Shown here in pieces: positions 25,151 to 27,421 of a stretch of 27,421 bases of DNA. Both the position numbers and the translations under genes were made by a program. The notes below the pieces were generated by a model that saw only the letters and a list, made by a program, of their open reading frames with translations, searched no databases and had not been told where the DNA came from. The stretch is taken from contig CAYZSD010000030.1 of the NCBI GenBank assembly GCA_964481075.1, forward strand, positions 1 to 27,421, given 5' to 3'. The DNA is from an uncultured Rikenellaceae bacterium (lineage in GTDB: Bacteria; Bacteroidota; Bacteroidia; Bacteroidales; Tenuifilaceae). Position 1 is the first letter of the stretch. Each line of letters begins with the position of its first letter.

Positions 25151-26561
25151 AATCCCCCCCTATCTGGCGAAAGCCAAAAAATTTCTCTCAGAAATTCGAG
25201 AGGCAATAACTGGCTCCGAAAACGACTACACCTCACTTAGTCTTCGCAAAGCATTGATCCTACTTTCTATTCCTATGGTTCTAGAAATGCTAATGGAGTC
25301 AGTTTTCATTATCTTCGACATTTACTTCGTTTCAAAGCTTGGTCCCGAAGCAGTTTCAATTGTTGGGCTCACCGAGTCGCTGCTAACCATTGTTTATGCC
25401 TTTGGTATAGGCTTTTCCATCTCTATTACAGCAATTGTATCGAGAAGAATTGGCGAGAAAAATCCCCAAAAAGCGAGCCTTGCCGCTCTTCAAGCATTGA
25501 TTGTTGTCATAACAATTTCGCTTTCAATAACTCTGGTAGGATTGTTATTCAGCAAAGACCTGCTACTTTTAATGGGAGCCAATGAAGAAACAGCTATTCA
25601 ATACGGTGGCTACACAAAGTGGATGTTGGTTGGAAATGCATCGATAATGTTGCTTTTTGTACTCAACGGCATTTTTAGGGGTGCAGGCGATGCAGCAATA
25701 GCAATGAGGGTGCTTTGGCTTGCTAATATTATTAATATCATACTCGATCCCCTGCTTATTTTTGGTATTGGTCCGTTTCCAAAACTTGGAATTGAGGGAG
25801 CGGCAATTGCTACAAACATTGGTCGCGGTTTAGGAGTTGTGTATCAACTTTACATCCTAATTTTTAGCAGTAAAAGCAGACTTAAGTTTTCAATTAACGA
25901 TATAGTTCCCGATTTGGAGTATATTGGCTCCTTCCTTAAGCTTTCGTATTCTGGAATTCTTCAGCTACTCATAGCGACCTCGAGTTGGGTTGGGTTGGTT
26001 AGAATAATATCAACATTTGGCAGCATCTCGGTTGCTGGTTATACCGTTGGCATTAGAATTATGATATTTGCCATGCTTCCTGCAGCAGGAATTAGCAATG
26101 CAGCAGCCACTCTTGTAGGGCAGAATCTTGGTGCAAACAATCCGAAGCAAGCTGAACGGTCTGTTTGGGTTTCAGGCATTGTTAATGCAATATTCATGGG
26201 GTTTGCAGGTCTTTTATTAGTTCTATTCCCCGAGGCAATTATTAACTTTCTAACATCCGACCCTCAAGTTGTTGAAAAAGGGGCCGAGTGCATGCGTATT
26301 CTAAGCATTGGTTTCGTTGCTTACGGGTTCGGCATGGTAGTTGTTCACTCGCTTAATGGGTCGGGTGACACTTTCTCGCCAATGATTATCAACCTCTTCT
26401 GCTTTTGGGTGTTAGAAATACCTTTAGCGTATATTCTCGCTATTAGCTTAGGTTTGAATGAAAAAGGTGTTTACTATGCTATTGTAATTGCTGAAACAGC
26501 CATGACAGTTACAGCCATATTAATCTTTAAAAGAGGGCGTTGGAAATTACAGAAAGTTTAG
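25137..26561 (+). CDS. MATE-family efflux transporter
   Basis: Twelve-TM-like protein; IPMVLEMLMESVFIIFDIYFVSKLGPEAVSIVGL...GAGDAAIAMRVLWLANIINIILDPLLIFG. Confidence 0.95.
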   Translation: MNYYKIPPYLAKAKKFLSEIREAITGSENDYTSLSLRKALILLSIPMVLEMLMESVFIIFDIYFVSKLGPEAVSIVGLTESLLTIVYAFGIGFSISITAIVSRRIGEKNPQKASLAALQALIVVITISLSITLVGLLFSKDLLLLMGANEETAIQYGGYTKWMLVGNASIMLLFVLNGIFRGAGDAAIAMRVLWLANIINIILDPLLIFGIGPFPKLGIEGAAIATNIGRGLGVVYQLYILIFSSKSRLKFSINDIVPDLEYIGSFLKLSYSGILQLLIATSSWVGLVRIISTFGSISVAGYTVGIRIMIFAMLPAAGISNAAATLVGQNLGANNPKQAERSVWVSGIVNAIFMGFAGLLLVLFPEAIINFLTSDPQVVEKGAECMRILSIGFVAYGFGMVVVHSLNGSGDTFSPMIINLFCFWVLEIPLAYILAISLGLNEKGVYYAIVIAETAMTVTAILIFKRGRWKLQKV

Positions 26562-26614
26562 CTTTAGAATTATGAATAGGTTTTCTACCTTTACCATTCA
26601 TTAAAACCACAATT

Positions 26615-27421
26615 ATGGCGACTGTAATTATTGCCTTTCTAATGTTTATTTCCTCTTCTGCCTTTTCAAGCGAGGGATGGCAAATAACCACTCGGTACTA
26701 TAACAAGTACGAGAATCCAGAACTTGGGCGGGTAGAAGAGGTTGTTCTGGCATCGGGATACATGAAAATGATTACCAATAATTTAACAACAGTTTTTGAT
26801 ATTAATAACGGAAAAATCATTTACATCAACCCAACCAATCAGCTTTATTGGAGTGGTTCACCCGATAGATTTAACATCGAAATACGCAGTGAGCTTGAGG
26901 CTATGATTGAAAAACGGTTATATGGCGTTGAGCGGGAAAGCCAGGATGCAATGCGTGAAATGTACACCGAGATGCTTAACGCATCCTTTCCGCAAAAAAG
27001 CAACGAACCAGCAAGAACAAGGAAATTTGCCATAAAGAAGGATAAAGAAAACGAAAAAATCTTCGATTTTAATGCAACCTCCTATAAGATTTCAGAGGAA
27101 GGTATGCACTTCGAAACAATATGGATTTCAAACAGTTTACCTGTGTATCAGGTATTCGATTTCGTTAGTCTAAGTCATTTTTTAGGTCAGCTTGCCCCAG
27201 GTGCTTATGCAGAAAGTTTCGAGAGCTCAACCGAGTATTTCAACCTTGTTGAAAAGGGTTATCCAGTAAAAGTTGAAATGTATCGATCCGATGGAACAAT
27301 CCAAATTTCAGAAGTTATTAGGGCAAAAAAGATAAATGTTTCACCTGTTGATTTTCAAGTTCCAAAGGGTTTTTCTCAAGCCACTCTAACCGATGTAGGG
27401 GTTTGGGATGGATTTCAATAG
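26615..27421 (+). CDS. Secreted hypothetical protein (DUF4412-like)
   Basis: 268 aa with signal-like N-terminus; SGYMKMITNNLTTVFDINNGKIIYINPTNQLYWSG; stop TAG at 27419-27421. Confidence 0.5.
   Translation: MATVIIAFLMFISSSAFSSEGWQITTRYYNKYENPELGRVEEVVLASGYMKMITNNLTTVFDINNGKIIYINPTNQLYWSGSPDRFNIEIRSELEAMIEKRLYGVERESQDAMREMYTEMLNASFPQKSNEPARTRKFAIKKDKENEKIFDFNATSYKISEEGMHFETIWISNSLPVYQVFDFVSLSHFLGQLAPGAYAESFESSTEYFNLVEKGYPVKVEMYRSDGTIQISEVIRAKKINVSPVDFQVPKGFSQATLTDVGVWDGFQ

Noticed and set aside
1-27421. CRISPR arrays, prophage, transposase, known anti-phage systems
   Set aside because: No regularly spaced repeats, Cas, phage structural, transposase or recognised defence genes seen beyond the TA pair and Fic remnant.

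Overview
This 27.4-kb window looks like a Bacteroidota (probably Bacteroidales/Marinilabiliales-type) chromosome segment. The standout locus is at 2188-5661. There, a mercury-methylation gene pair (hgcA with the NVWCAAGK cap-helix motif; hgcB, a 2x[4Fe-4S] ferredoxin with Cys73 and two vicinal Cys pairs) sits inside an arsenic-resistance operon: arsR > hgcA > hgcB > arsC (LMW-PTPase/thioredoxin type) > acr3 > small Cys-rich zinc-ribbon protein. arsR and hgcA overlap by 4 nt (ATGA). A convergent gene just beyond encodes an exported, metallothionein-like Cys/His-rich protein. The left edge (1-2100) looks like a degraded accessory zone: a HigBA/RelE-type toxin-antitoxin pair, a frameshifted and probably internally deleted ArsP-like permease, and a decayed Fic/DUF4172 remnant. 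Downstream are a histidine kinase/response regulator/SMR transporter operon, gltX, a large sensor protein lacking an output domain, dapD, and a surface-glycan cluster (four glycosyltransferases, a methyltransferase, LicD, another GT2, a LicC-like nucleotidyltransferase, a CDP-glycerol glycerophosphotransferase-like protein). The right part holds a C45-type acyltransferase with a T9SS sorting tail, ychF, a MATE exporter preceded by an overlapping small ORF, and a secreted hypothetical. I saw no CRISPR array, rRNA, tRNA, transposase or phage module.
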